Positions 10,140 to 19,905 of a stretch of DNA of 64,000 bases are shown piece after piece. The stretch lies in assembly GCA_001768555.1 (NCBI GenBank), contig MEOD01000055.1, forward strand, positions 27,473 to 91,472, in the 5' to 3' direction. Below the pieces are notes generated by a model. That model made no database searches, was not told the origin of the DNA, and was given only the letters and a program-made list of their open reading frames with translations. Both the position numbers and the translations under genes were made by a program. Source of the stretch: Bacteroidetes bacterium GWF2_29_10 (lineage in GTDB: Bacteria; Bacteroidota; Bacteroidia; Bacteroidales; GWE2-29-8). The stretch's first letter is position 1, and each line of letters opens with the position of its first letter.

Positions 10140-11989
10140 TTATTACTTAGCATTTTTATTGCTTCTTGATTACCTAGTTGCGCTGCTTTTTGGAAATAAT
10201 CATTAGCAGTTTTCATGTCTACTTGAGCAAGTATATTAAGTTCGTTAGCTTTCTTTACATCACCCATTGAATTATATCTGTTTGCAATATTTGTGTTTGT
10301 AAGGCTTTTAGATTGAAAAACAAGCCCTAATGTGTAGTATGATAAAGCATAGTTAGGATCAATTTTTAAGATTCTATTGTAATATTCAATTGCAGTATCG
10401 AATTGCCCTTTAACATAATAATAGTTACCCATATTTTGCAAACCTAAAGTATAATTAGGCTTTATTGTAACTAATTTATTGTAATATATATAGGCGCTAT
10501 CATATTGCTGTCTTTGATAATAAGCATTGCCAAGATTGTTAAGTGCTTTTTCATTATTAGGGTTTTTAAATATAGCACCTTTGAAATATTTTATTGCACT
10601 ATCTTGACGACTTTTAATAATTGCAGGATCTTTTATATTTTCTGTTTTGTAATAATGATTTGCAATACCATAATATGCTTTGTCAATATTTGCAATATTA
10701 GGGTGTTTATCTAATAAATCAGACCAAAGAGTTAAACTATTTTCCCATACTTTAGTTCTTTCAAAAGATAAATATGCTAAAATTAATAAAACAAGTATTC
10801 CAATTCCAAACCCAATATTCTTTAACGATGGGAACTTATTAATAAATAATTCAAAACTATCTGCAATAATAAAGAATAAACCAATTGATGAAATATAAAA
10901 ATAGCGTTCAGATGCAATATTAATACCAACAGGTAAAATCTGTATTACAATAGCAATAGTAAACAAGTAGAAAAGTGTTCCAAATACAAGTTTGTAGTTC
11001 TTTCGTCCATAAATGTAAACAATTGCACATAATGCAATAAATATTATTGGGGAAAGGAAATACTCTATAGGAATACTTCCTGTTTCTTTTAATGGATATG
11101 AATATATAATAGCGAGGTTGATAGGGAGAAACATCTTATAGAGGTAAATAAGCAGAGCATAAAAAGGGAAGGTTATTTTATCAATTGTATTGTATGCTGA
11201 AATATTATAAATTCCTTCTCCTGAAACTTGTGATTTAATTGCTACAATACCAAATATAAGAGCAATTGCAAAAAACACAATTTTGTTGTATATTTGTTTC
11301 AAAGAGAATTTCTTTTCGTAGTAATAGTCAATTAAAATAAGTACCATAGGTAGTGTTACTGCCATCCCCTTTGAAAGGCAAGATAAAATAAACATTGCAA
11401 CACTAAGTGCATAAATGGATAATTTTTTGTTTTCCCTGTATTTCAAATAAAGAATTAGAGAAATTATAAAGAAAAATCCGTAAAGAACATCTTTTGTTTC
11501 TGAAATCCAACTAACAGATTCTACATGTAAAGGGTGTATCCCAAATAATAAGGCTGTTATTAAAGCAGGAAGGTATTTGCCTGATAATTTGTAAATAAAC
11601 CAAAAGACAAGAATTGTATTTAATAAATGAAGAATTACATTTGTTAAGTGATATGGAAATGGGTTTAACTCAAACATGTTATATTGTACAGCATAAACAA
11701 GTATAGTTAAAGGGTGATAGTTTGCCATTATAAAATTGCTAAAAATATTTTTAATTCCTTGTGACGATATATCTGACAAGTAGCTTATATTTTCATGCAA
11801 ATACCCCTCATCATCCCATCCTACAAAAGCATTTTTAAAAGAAGGGAAAAAGCTTATTAATGTTACCAAAAATATAATTGCAAGGCTGATATATAGTTTT
11901 TGTTCGGAAATTTTTTCATGAAAGACCTTTTTATTCTCTTTTGCAGGAGTAACATTTTTCTTTACAGGTTTCTTTTTAACTTTATTCAT
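10136..11989 (-). CDS. polytopic PMT/ArnT-like (DUF1736-type) membrane protein with C-terminal TPR repeats
   Basis: About 400 aa of TM helices (GT-C-like), then TPR units (ALNNLGNAYYQRQQYDSAYIYYNKLVTIKPNY, GLQNMGNYYYVKGQFDTAIEYYNRILKIDPNY). Confidence 0.6.
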   Translation of the reverse strand: MNKVKKKPVKKNVTPAKENKKVFHEKISEQKLYISLAIIFLVTLISFFPSFKNAFVGWDDEGYLHENISYLSDISSQGIKNIFSNFIMANYHPLTILVYAVQYNMFELNPFPYHLTNVILHLLNTILVFWFIYKLSGKYLPALITALLFGIHPLHVESVSWISETKDVLYGFFFIISLILYLKYRENKKLSIYALSVAMFILSCLSKGMAVTLPMVLILIDYYYEKKFSLKQIYNKIVFFAIALIFGIVAIKSQVSGEGIYNISAYNTIDKITFPFYALLIYLYKMFLPINLAIIYSYPLKETGSIPIEYFLSPIIFIALCAIVYIYGRKNYKLVFGTLFYLFTIAIVIQILPVGINIASERYFYISSIGLFFIIADSFELFINKFPSLKNIGFGIGILVLLILAYLSFERTKVWENSLTLWSDLLDKHPNIANIDKAYYGIANHYYKTENIKDPAIIKSRQDSAIKYFKGAIFKNPNNEKALNNLGNAYYQRQQYDSAYIYYNKLVTIKPNYTLGLQNMGNYYYVKGQFDTAIEYYNRILKIDPNYALSYYTLGLVFQSKSLTNTNIANRYNSMGDVKKANELNILAQVDMKTANDYFQKAAQLGNQEAIKMLSNK

Positions 11990-12315
11990 TTTACAAACAT
12001 TTATTAAAGATATTGTATATATAGAGTTCCTAAAGTTACTAGAATCTCAATTATATTTTTTGAAAAAACAATAAGCAAATGTAAAAAATATTTTTATTTA
12101 TCTTTACAAGATGTCAAAATTGGGAAATAAAATATTAGAAAATAAACGACAACTACTTGAAAAAAAATTTCGACACAATTTTATGAGCACCTTCAGCATA
12201 CTTTATTAAACACTCTCAAATATTTTTAAGACATAAAACTGCAGGTTAAAAAATTGATAATCAATGCATATAATGGTTTGACGGGTAGTAATACTGAGGT
12301 TAAACGGAGTCTAAT

Positions 12316-12370
12316 GTGCTGTATATGTGCTTTATATGTACTGTATATGTGCTTTATATGTGCTCTATAT
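12316..12370. repeat. 5 x 11 bp tandem repeat (gtgctNtatat)
   Basis: The units read directly are gtgctgtatat, gtgctttatat, gtactgtatat, gtgctttatat and gtgctctatat. They sit in a 683-bp divergent intergenic region. Confidence 0.9.
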
Positions 12371-12672
12371 CGCAAGTTAGGTTGTATTTCACATGCATAT
12401 ATATAATATTAATTATTGGCATTTTGCTAAAGGAATAGATTAACGCAACTTAATGGGTAAATAAGTGCAGTGTAAGAGTGAAATAATATTATGTATTTTA
12501 ATAACAATAAGACAATTACATAATCTTACATAAAACAATAAACATTAAACTTTTTTTAACAAAGAAACATAGGAAAAGTAAATTTATAAAATACAAATTC
12601 ACAAATACGAATGTCTATATTTTAAGCATTTTTTAAGCATCTGTTTTTAATTTAAAAAATAAATGTATATTT

Positions 12673-13314
12673 GTGAAGAAAATCATAAATAATGAAATGA
12701 TGGAAAAAGTGAAACTTGAAGTTTTAGGAATAGGTCAAAGTCAGTACTTACATAGCTCTTTTGCAATGATTTTAGTTGAAGAAAATGGGAATAGACGTCT
12801 TCCTATTATAATAGGTAATAGTGAAGCCCAAGCTATAGCAATAGAATTGGAAAAGATGCGACCACAAAGGCCTTTAACGCATGATCTTTTTAAAACATTA
12901 ATAGATTCTTTTGAAATAGCGCTCAACGAAGTTATTATATACAAAGTGTACGAGGGGGTTTTTTATTCTAAATTAATATTAGAGCAGAATGCAAATATTA
13001 CAGAAATAGACTCAAGAACGTCAGATGCTGTATCTATTGCAATTAGAGTAGGTTGTCCTATATACACTTACGAACATATATTAAATACAATAGGGCTAAC
13101 AAAAGAAGAGTTAAATGAAGAAGAAACAGAAGATAATGAAAATGTTACTAAAGAAGAAAGAGAAATTCCTATTTTAAAGACATCCAATCGTTATAGTGCT
13201 TATAGTTTAGAAGAATTAAATGCATTGTTAGAAGAATCTATTGAACAAGAGGATTACGAAAAAGCGTCAAAAATAAGAGATGAAATAAAAATTAGAAAAG
13301 ATAATAATGAATAA
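12673..13314 (+). CDS. bifunctional nuclease (DUF151/BFN) family protein with C-terminal UVR motif
   Basis: RRLPIIIGNSEAQAIAIELEKMRPQRPLTHDL is typical of the BFN domain. The C-terminus EDYEKASKIRDEI is UVR-like. Confidence 0.65.
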   Translation: MKKIINNEMMEKVKLEVLGIGQSQYLHSSFAMILVEENGNRRLPIIIGNSEAQAIAIELEKMRPQRPLTHDLFKTLIDSFEIALNEVIIYKVYEGVFYSKLILEQNANITEIDSRTSDAVSIAIRVGCPIYTYEHILNTIGLTKEELNEEETEDNENVTKEEREIPILKTSNRYSAYSLEELNALLEESIEQEDYEKASKIRDEIKIRKDNNE

Positions 13315-13317
13315 ATT

Positions 13318-14112
13318 ATGAAACAATATTTAACGTTACTAGAACATGTTATTGCTAATGGAATAGAGAAAAAAGATAGAACAGGAGTAGGAACAATTAG
13401 TGTTTTTGGTTACCAAATGCGATTTGATTTAGGAGAAGGATTTCCATTACTTACAACAAAAAAGCTACATACAAAATCTATTTTTCATGAATTACTATGG
13501 TTTATAAAAGGTGATACTAACGTAAAATATCTTAATGAAAATGGAGTAACTATTTGGGATGAGTGGGCTGATGAAAAAGGAGAATTAGGTCCTATATATG
13601 GTAAGCAATGGAGAGCATGGAATACTGCTAATAATAAAACAATTGACCAATTATCAAATGTTATTCAAACAATAAAGGAAAATCCTGATTCAAGAAGGAT
13701 TATTTTAAGTGCATGGAATGTTCCACAAATAGAAGAAATGGCATTACCACCATGTCATATTCTTTTTCAATTTTATGTTTCCAATGGGAAATTGTCTTGT
13801 CAACTATATCAAAGGAGTGCTGATATTTTTTTAGGAGTTCCATTTAATATAGCATCCTATTCTTTACTAACGCTACTTATAGCACAAGTAACGAATCTGA
13901 AACCAGGAGAATTTATTCATACGTTAGGAGATGCTCATTTATATTTGAATCATATTGAGCAAGCAAAGCTCCAGTTATCAAGGGAACCACGAAACTTGCC
14001 AATTATTAGAATAAATCCAGAGATACAAAATATAGATAATTTTAAATATGAAGATTTAAAAATATTAAATTATGACCCACACCCTCATATCAAAGCAGAC
14101 ATTGCTGTATAA
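13318..14112 (+). CDS. thyA: thymidylate synthase
   Basis: [24 protein letters not shown] and [18 protein letters not shown] motifs. 264 aa. Confidence 0.95.
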   Translation: MKQYLTLLEHVIANGIEKKDRTGVGTISVFGYQMRFDLGEGFPLLTTKKLHTKSIFHELLWFIKGDTNVKYLNENGVTIWDEWADEKGELGPIYGKQWRAWNTANNKTIDQLSNVIQTIKENPDSRRIILSAWNVPQIEEMALPPCHILFQFYVSNGKLSCQLYQRSADIFLGVPFNIASYSLLTLLIAQVTNLKPGEFIHTLGDAHLYLNHIEQAKLQLSREPRNLPIIRINPEIQNIDNFKYEDLKILNYDPHPHIKADIAV

Positions 14113-14148
14113 TTGTTTATTTTTTTACCTAATAATTTTTTAATGTAG

Positions 14149-14670
14149 ATGCAAATTTCCATTATTGTTGCAATGGGTATAGACAACGTAATTGGTTATA
14201 AAAACCAATTATTATGTAATATGCCTGCAGACTTAAAGCATTTTAAAAATCTAACAACTAATCATCACATAATAATGGGGAGAAAAACATTTGAATCAAT
14301 AGGGAAAGCTCTTCCAAATAGGACTAATATTATATTATCCCATTCTTTAACTAATAATGATTATGAAAGAGATGATAATATTGTTGTTTTTGATAATATA
14401 AATAAAGCAATTAAATTTGCAAATAAAAATAATGAAAATGAATTATTTATTATTGGTGGAGGGGAAATTTACAAATCAGCGATTGACTTAGCTGACAAAT
14501 TGTATATAACTAAAATAGAAAATAATTTTGAGGGAGACACATACTTTCCTTTAATAGATTATTCTAAGTGGAAATTAGTTTGTGAATCTTTTTTTTCAAG
14601 AGATGAAAAAAATAATTTTAATTATTCATTTTCATTATATAATAAAATTACTAATTTTGGACGCTCTTAA
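14149..14670 (+). CDS. folA: dihydrofolate reductase
   Basis: IIVAMGIDNVIGYKNQL, IIMGRKTFESIG and FIIGGGEIY motifs. It lies directly downstream of thyA. Confidence 0.85.
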   Translation: MQISIIVAMGIDNVIGYKNQLLCNMPADLKHFKNLTTNHHIIMGRKTFESIGKALPNRTNIILSHSLTNNDYERDDNIVVFDNINKAIKFANKNNENELFIIGGGEIYKSAIDLADKLYITKIENNFEGDTYFPLIDYSKWKLVCESFFSRDEKNNFNYSFSLYNKITNFGRS

Positions 14671-14752
14671 TTTTATTTTAATGAAATTATTTTTAAAATT
14701 TCAAAATATAAAAAATAGTTTTATTATCAATATTATTGAAAATAAATTTATA

Positions 14753-15601
14753 ATGAAAAAAGCCAAAGTATTTAACTTTTCGTCTTATGTAGTGTTATTT
14801 TTATTAGCTTTCATTTTAAATTCTTGTAAAAAAGATTTAAAAAAAGACACTGATACAAAAACTGCAGAAGACCTAGTATGGGCTGTTACGGCATATACTG
14901 ATGTATTTAACCAATTGGACCTTATATTAAAAGACAGTTCTATTGTTTATGCAAACTCAATAGATAATGTTTTCAGATATGGTTGTATTAGTTTGTCTAT
15001 GAGTGAATTTAATTCTTTCCCCAAAATTATAACACTTGATTTTGGAGGCAATAATTGCTTAGGGAAAGATTCACGTACTAGAAGGGGAAAGATTATAGTT
15101 CAATTTTCTGGACCTTTGTATAAAGAAAATACTTTTGTCAAAGTTTCTTTTATTAATTATTACATAAGCGATACAAAAATTGATGGTAAATTTACAATTG
15201 AAGCACAAAAAGGAATAGAACTAGATAATAATTATTCACAAATTGTTTATTTAATCAAAGTTCAAGATGGTCATATTGAAGGCAATAAAGGAGAATCTTT
15301 TTTTAGTGCGAATTTTACTCGCGAATGGAATGAAGGCATGGAAACACAATGGCCTAACTTAAATGATGATTTATTTTCCATAACAGGAAGTGGAAAAGGA
15401 ATATCTGCAAATAAAGAAGATTATGAATTTACAATTACAATTCCTTTAAGTTTTCAACATAATTGTAATTGGATTAGTAAAGGAAATATTGACGCAAAGG
15501 TATATGCAAAAGAAAATAGGAAAATTGATTATGGTAGTGGGTGTGATAATGAAGCGAAATTAACTATAGGAAATGAATCTAGTGATTTAACCTTAAAATA
15601 A
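14753..15601 (+). CDS. lipoprotein of unknown function
   Basis: The internal start MKKAKVFNFSSYVVLFLLAFILNSCKK gives a signal peptide plus lipobox Cys. The longer ORF from 14582 would overlap folA. Confidence 0.5.
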   Translation: MKKAKVFNFSSYVVLFLLAFILNSCKKDLKKDTDTKTAEDLVWAVTAYTDVFNQLDLILKDSSIVYANSIDNVFRYGCISLSMSEFNSFPKIITLDFGGNNCLGKDSRTRRGKIIVQFSGPLYKENTFVKVSFINYYISDTKIDGKFTIEAQKGIELDNNYSQIVYLIKVQDGHIEGNKGESFFSANFTREWNEGMETQWPNLNDDLFSITGSGKGISANKEDYEFTITIPLSFQHNCNWISKGNIDAKVYAKENRKIDYGSGCDNEAKLTIGNESSDLTLK

Positions 15602-15632
15602 TGCATTTTAATTAAATTAAAAGAATATTAAC

Positions 15633-16271
15633 ATGAAAAAAATAGTTTTACTATTATTTACTGTAATTATTTATAATGTTATGTTTGCAAGCAATAATGA
15701 TACTATATTTTTAAAAAAAGCATTCAATAATAAAATAACATTATATAATGCACTAAACAATGTTAATCAAGCAAAGTCTATATCTAATGAAAACATATCA
15801 ACAGAAGTTCTTTCAGATATTTTATGGGCTGCAAATGGAATAAACTCTATTGGGAATAACACCTCTTATTCGTCTTTTCAATTTAATAATATTGACATAT
15901 ATGTAGCCACACCTAAAGGTTGTTATATTTATATTCCACAGAAACATTGCATTGTTCTTGTTACAAATAATGATATAAGAGAGTATATCTCAAACCAAGT
16001 TCAAATAAAAGAAAGTCCCATTAACTTAATTTATATTTCTAATACAAAAAAGATGACAGGAATGTTTGTTAATAGTAACGACCAAAAAACTTTATACACA
16101 TCTCTTGAGGTTGGAACTATGGTACAAAACGTAAATCTTTATTGTGCAGGCTCTAATTTGAATGTATTTGTTAGTGGGGTAATTAATCGTCTTTTAATTC
16201 TTAATAATTTAGAATTAAACCGTGATGAATATTTTGTAATTATTAATCAAGCTATTGGTGTTAATAAATAG
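15633..16271 (+). CDS. secreted nitroreductase/SagB-like family protein
   Basis: Signal peptide plus an LSDILWAANGIN motif, as in nitroreductase-fold proteins. This is a weak call. Confidence 0.4.
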   Translation: MKKIVLLLFTVIIYNVMFASNNDTIFLKKAFNNKITLYNALNNVNQAKSISNENISTEVLSDILWAANGINSIGNNTSYSSFQFNNIDIYVATPKGCYIYIPQKHCIVLVTNNDIREYISNQVQIKESPINLIYISNTKKMTGMFVNSNDQKTLYTSLEVGTMVQNVNLYCAGSNLNVFVSGVINRLLILNNLELNRDEYFVIINQAIGVNK

Positions 16272-16316
16272 CTAAACTATTAATTTTTTATTTAAATTTG
16301 TTAAAAAATAAAAATC

Positions 16317-17546
16317 ATGAAAAGAAAAATATTTTTTATATCGTTTATTATTGTTTTTACAATCATAAATTCCTTTGCTCAAGATGTTAAAAATAATTCT
16401 AAAGCAATTTTCCATGTTATTGTATACAACTTAAATGACAGCATTATTAATCAAGGAACTGGATTTTTTATTGATTCAATAGGAACAGCTATATCAGACA
16501 TAAATATTTTTGGAAATGCAATAAAAGTAGAAATACAAACAATCAACTCAAAAAAATATAAAGTAAAACAAATTACAGGATATGATGAAGAAACTGGTCT
16601 TGTTAAATTCTCAATCAACAATAAAAACGAAAAATTAGATTATTTAATTCCTGAATATAAAAAACCAAAAGAGGGCGAAAATGTTAGTATTATTGATATT
16701 ACTGAAAATATAAAAGTTAAAAATATAACAGGAGCAATAAAAAGTGTCAAATATTTTATAAAGTATGGCAATGCAATTCAAATATCTACAAACAAAGAAA
16801 AAATAAACACAGGAGTTCCTGTTTTTAACGAAGATGGGAAGGTTATTGCTATTGTTATAAATAATCTTTTAAACAAGGATAATGAAGATAATATTAATTT
16901 TGGAGTAGACATCAACCGTATAAAGGAATTAGATAATTCTCTAAAAAATCCTTTTAGCTTTGACAATGATAAAGAAATGAAACTTAACTTTTATGATTAT
17001 TATCTTAAAGCTATTGCTTTAATGCAACAACGTGAGTGGGAAAAAGCTCTTGTTAGTATAAATAAATCTATAGAACTAAACTACGAAAATCCTGCTGCAC
17101 ATACAAGAAGAGGTGAAATAAACATGACTATTAGAAACCATAAAGAATCTATAATAGACTATACAAACGTACTCAGATTTGACCAAAAAGATGACAATGC
17201 TTTTTATAATATTGCGTTAAACTATTTTAGAATGAACATGTTTAACGAAACTTTCGACTATTGTGCAAGAGCAATAGAGTATAATAGTAAAAACAAAGAA
17301 GCTTTTTGTCTAAAAGGAGAAACATTATTTGAATTAGGCAACTTGGCTGAAGCTGTTTCTGAGTTTACTAAAGCTATTAAAATAGACCCTGAATATGGAT
17401 ACGCCTATTATCAAAGGGGGGTATGCCGTGCATTTATTAGCAAAAAAGAAGATGCATGCGAAGACCTTAAAAATGCTCTAAAATACAATATCATTGAAGC
17501 TAATGATATGTACAAACAAATGTGTGGTGAAGATAAAGACTATTAA
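16317..17546 (+). CDS. secreted protein: degenerate trypsin-like (S1C-like) domain plus TPR repeats
   Basis: The signal peptide is followed by a GTGFFIDSIGTAISD and NTGVPVFNEDGKVIAIV pattern, which resembles a HtrA/trypsin fold without the H and GNSGG Ser motifs. The C-terminus has 4-5 TPRs. Confidence 0.45.
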   Translation: MKRKIFFISFIIVFTIINSFAQDVKNNSKAIFHVIVYNLNDSIINQGTGFFIDSIGTAISDINIFGNAIKVEIQTINSKKYKVKQITGYDEETGLVKFSINNKNEKLDYLIPEYKKPKEGENVSIIDITENIKVKNITGAIKSVKYFIKYGNAIQISTNKEKINTGVPVFNEDGKVIAIVINNLLNKDNEDNINFGVDINRIKELDNSLKNPFSFDNDKEMKLNFYDYYLKAIALMQQREWEKALVSINKSIELNYENPAAHTRRGEINMTIRNHKESIIDYTNVLRFDQKDDNAFYNIALNYFRMNMFNETFDYCARAIEYNSKNKEAFCLKGETLFELGNLAEAVSEFTKAIKIDPEYGYAYYQRGVCRAFISKKEDACEDLKNALKYNIIEANDMYKQMCGEDKDY

Positions 17547-17549
17547 TAA

Positions 17550-19106
17550 TTAACTTATAGTTTCTTTTAGACTAATTTTATTTGCACAGTTAACACCATC
17601 TATTGCACTAGAAGTTATTCCGCCTGCATAGCCTGCTCCTTCTCCACATGGATATAAGTTATTTATTTGCACATGCTGAAATGTGTCATTATCTCTATTT
17701 ATCCTTATAGGAGAGGAAGTGCGTGTTTCTGCTCCAATTATTATTCCCTCTTCAATAAAGCCATTAAACTTTGCATTAAATAACTTTAAACCCTCTCTTA
17801 ATGCATTAGTAATAAACTCTGGCAATAATTCATTAAAATCTAAAGATATTACTCCTGGTATATATGAATTGTCATATAATTTTGTACTTTTTTTCTTATA
17901 AACAAAATCCTTTATATTTTGAGCAGGAGCAATTAGATTATTATTTGCATGTTCTCTAAAAGTTTGTTCTATTTTATCTCTAAAAAGAAGCATGCCCATT
18001 TGTCCATATTTCTCTATATAGCTTTGAATATCATCCAAATTAACCGAAACAACTATTCCTGAATTAGCGTATTCCCCATTTCTTTTAGAATTAGACATGC
18101 CATTTACAACTAATTGATCAGTTTCTGTTAAAGAAGGAATTATACTACCTCCTGGACACATACAAAAAGAAAAAACAGCTCTATTGTCAACTTGCTCAAC
18201 CAAAGAATATGTTGCTGGTTCTAAATATTGTGGATTATAATTACCATGATACCTTACATCATTTATATATTCCTGTAAATGTTCAACTCTTACTCCGATT
18301 GCTAAAGGTTTTGCTTCAAATTGTATTTTATGTTTTTCTAATAAATAATACACATCATTTGCCGAATGACCTGTTGCAAGGATGAGTTTATCTATGGGTA
18401 TTCTGGTTTTATTTATACTAATTGCTATTATTCTCTCTGCTTCAATAAATAAATCATCCAATTTTGACTCAAAATGAATTTCTCCTCCTGCTTCAATAAT
18501 TTTCTCTCTTATTGATTTTATTATTGTTGGTAATTTATCAGAACCTATGTGAGCATGAGATTCATATAATATATTCTCATCTGCACCATTATCAACTAAG
18601 TTACTTAAAATATAGTTAATATCACCTCTTTTATTCGAACGAGTATAAAGCTTGCCATCAGAAAATGCGCCTGCTCCACCTTCTCCAAAACAATAATTAG
18701 ATTCAGGATCAACTTCTTTATTTTTGTAAATATTTGCAATATCTATTTTTCTATTACTAACATCCTTGCCTCTTTCAAAAATAATAGGCTTCAATCCTTT
18801 TTCTATCAAACGTATCGCTGCAAATAGCCCTGCAGGTCCTGCTCCAATAATATGAATGGGTTTAGAATCAGAAACGTCTTCAAATTTCAAACTCTTTCTT
18901 TCTTCTATTTTTTCCGAGTTATCATAAATCAATATAGTCAAATTTACTTTTGGTATTTTTTGACGTGCATCAACTGATTTTTTTATTATTTTAGCATTAT
19001 CTATTTTAGATACATCTATTTTTAATGCTTTTGCAGCATATTGTTTTAGAGAATCCTCATTTAATGGGTCTTCTATTTGTAATGCGACTTGTAGTTCTTT
19101 AATCAT
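17550..19106 (-). CDS. FAD-dependent oxidoreductase (COG2509-type NAD(FAD)-utilizing dehydrogenase)
   Basis: IIGAGPAGLFAA dinucleotide-binding motif, and C-terminal GEGAGYAGGITSSAIDG. Confidence 0.7.
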   Translation of the reverse strand: MIKELQVALQIEDPLNEDSLKQYAAKALKIDVSKIDNAKIIKKSVDARQKIPKVNLTILIYDNSEKIEERKSLKFEDVSDSKPIHIIGAGPAGLFAAIRLIEKGLKPIIFERGKDVSNRKIDIANIYKNKEVDPESNYCFGEGGAGAFSDGKLYTRSNKRGDINYILSNLVDNGADENILYESHAHIGSDKLPTIIKSIREKIIEAGGEIHFESKLDDLFIEAERIIAISINKTRIPIDKLILATGHSANDVYYLLEKHKIQFEAKPLAIGVRVEHLQEYINDVRYHGNYNPQYLEPATYSLVEQVDNRAVFSFCMCPGGSIIPSLTETDQLVVNGMSNSKRNGEYANSGIVVSVNLDDIQSYIEKYGQMGMLLFRDKIEQTFREHANNNLIAPAQNIKDFVYKKKSTKLYDNSYIPGVISLDFNELLPEFITNALREGLKLFNAKFNGFIEEGIIIGAETRTSSPIRINRDNDTFQHVQINNLYPCGEGAGYAGGITSSAIDGVNCANKISLKETIS

Positions 19107-19808
19107 TTATTCAAAATTGAATGATAAGTAAAATATTTTCGAAGAAAGTTTATCAACAGATTGTGTAAATATGGTGTTATCTCTTTTTAACATGTCATTT
19201 AAGCCATAAGACATTTTCAATTCTATCGAAAATTTAAAATAGTATAAATAAAAATCAAAACCAACTCCCGCATCCAGCGCAACGTTTTGCTTTTTTATTT
19301 TAACAAATTCTTCTTCCTGATCTTTTTTATCTGCTTGCGACATTAAGTCTATGCTAAAACGGCCTCCTGCTAACAAATAGGCTCTAAAATTATTTACTCT
19401 TGCTGATTTATATTTAAATGTAATTGGGAAATTTATATAAGTTGACTCAATAGATTTTACATACTTTGACAACACTGTATCCTGTTCTTTTATTGAATAT
19501 TCCATATTTCTTTGACCAAAAGCCAAATTAGGAACAAATCTCAAATCCCAATGCTCACGAAGTCTTAGATTAGCTATAATACCAAGATCGAAACCCTTTA
19601 CTGGAATAGCTTCAACTATATAAACCGAATCTAGCGTTTTCATATCTTTTATTGGTTTTACAACAAAATCCATATTGTTAAACCCTATAGTAAAGCCAAA
19701 GTGCAATTTTTGTATATCATACTTTGGTAGGTTTTCTAATTTAGGCTTTTGACAATATGCTATATTGCAAATTAGTAATAGAAATAATATGTAATTGATT
19801 TTTTTCAA
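19107..19808 (-). CDS. PorT/SprT-like outer-membrane beta-barrel protein
   Basis: Signal peptide, then the NLPKYDIQKLHFGFTIGFN opening and alternating beta-strand pattern, with a terminal F. It resembles the T9SS-associated PorT family. Confidence 0.5.
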   Translation of the reverse strand: MKKINYILFLLLICNIAYCQKPKLENLPKYDIQKLHFGFTIGFNNMDFVVKPIKDMKTLDSVYIVEAIPVKGFDLGIIANLRLREHWDLRFVPNLAFGQRNMEYSIKEQDTVLSKYVKSIESTYINFPITFKYKSARVNNFRAYLLAGGRFSIDLMSQADKKDQEEEFVKIKKQNVALDAGVGFDFYLYYFKFSIELKMSYGLNDMLKRDNTIFTQSVDKLSSKIFYLSFNFE

Positions 19809-19905
19809 TACTATTGAAGCATCTCCTTTTATTGTTTAATGCAAAAATAGCAAAAGTATTGTTTATAATTGCTTTTATTTTTTCAAATCAATAATTTTAA
19901 AAATA

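Noticed and set aside
12111-12209. 32-codon ORF (MSKLGNKILENKRQLLEKKFRHNFMSTFSILY) in the long divergent spacer
   Set aside because: There is no convincing promoter box or conservation evidence available, and its length is within chance expectation for this composition.
14582-14752. Upstream extension of the lipoprotein ORF, overlapping folA by 89 nt
   Set aside because: The extension encodes low-complexity I/L/K/F-rich sequence. The internal Met at 14753 gives a clean signal peptide with a lipobox Cys.
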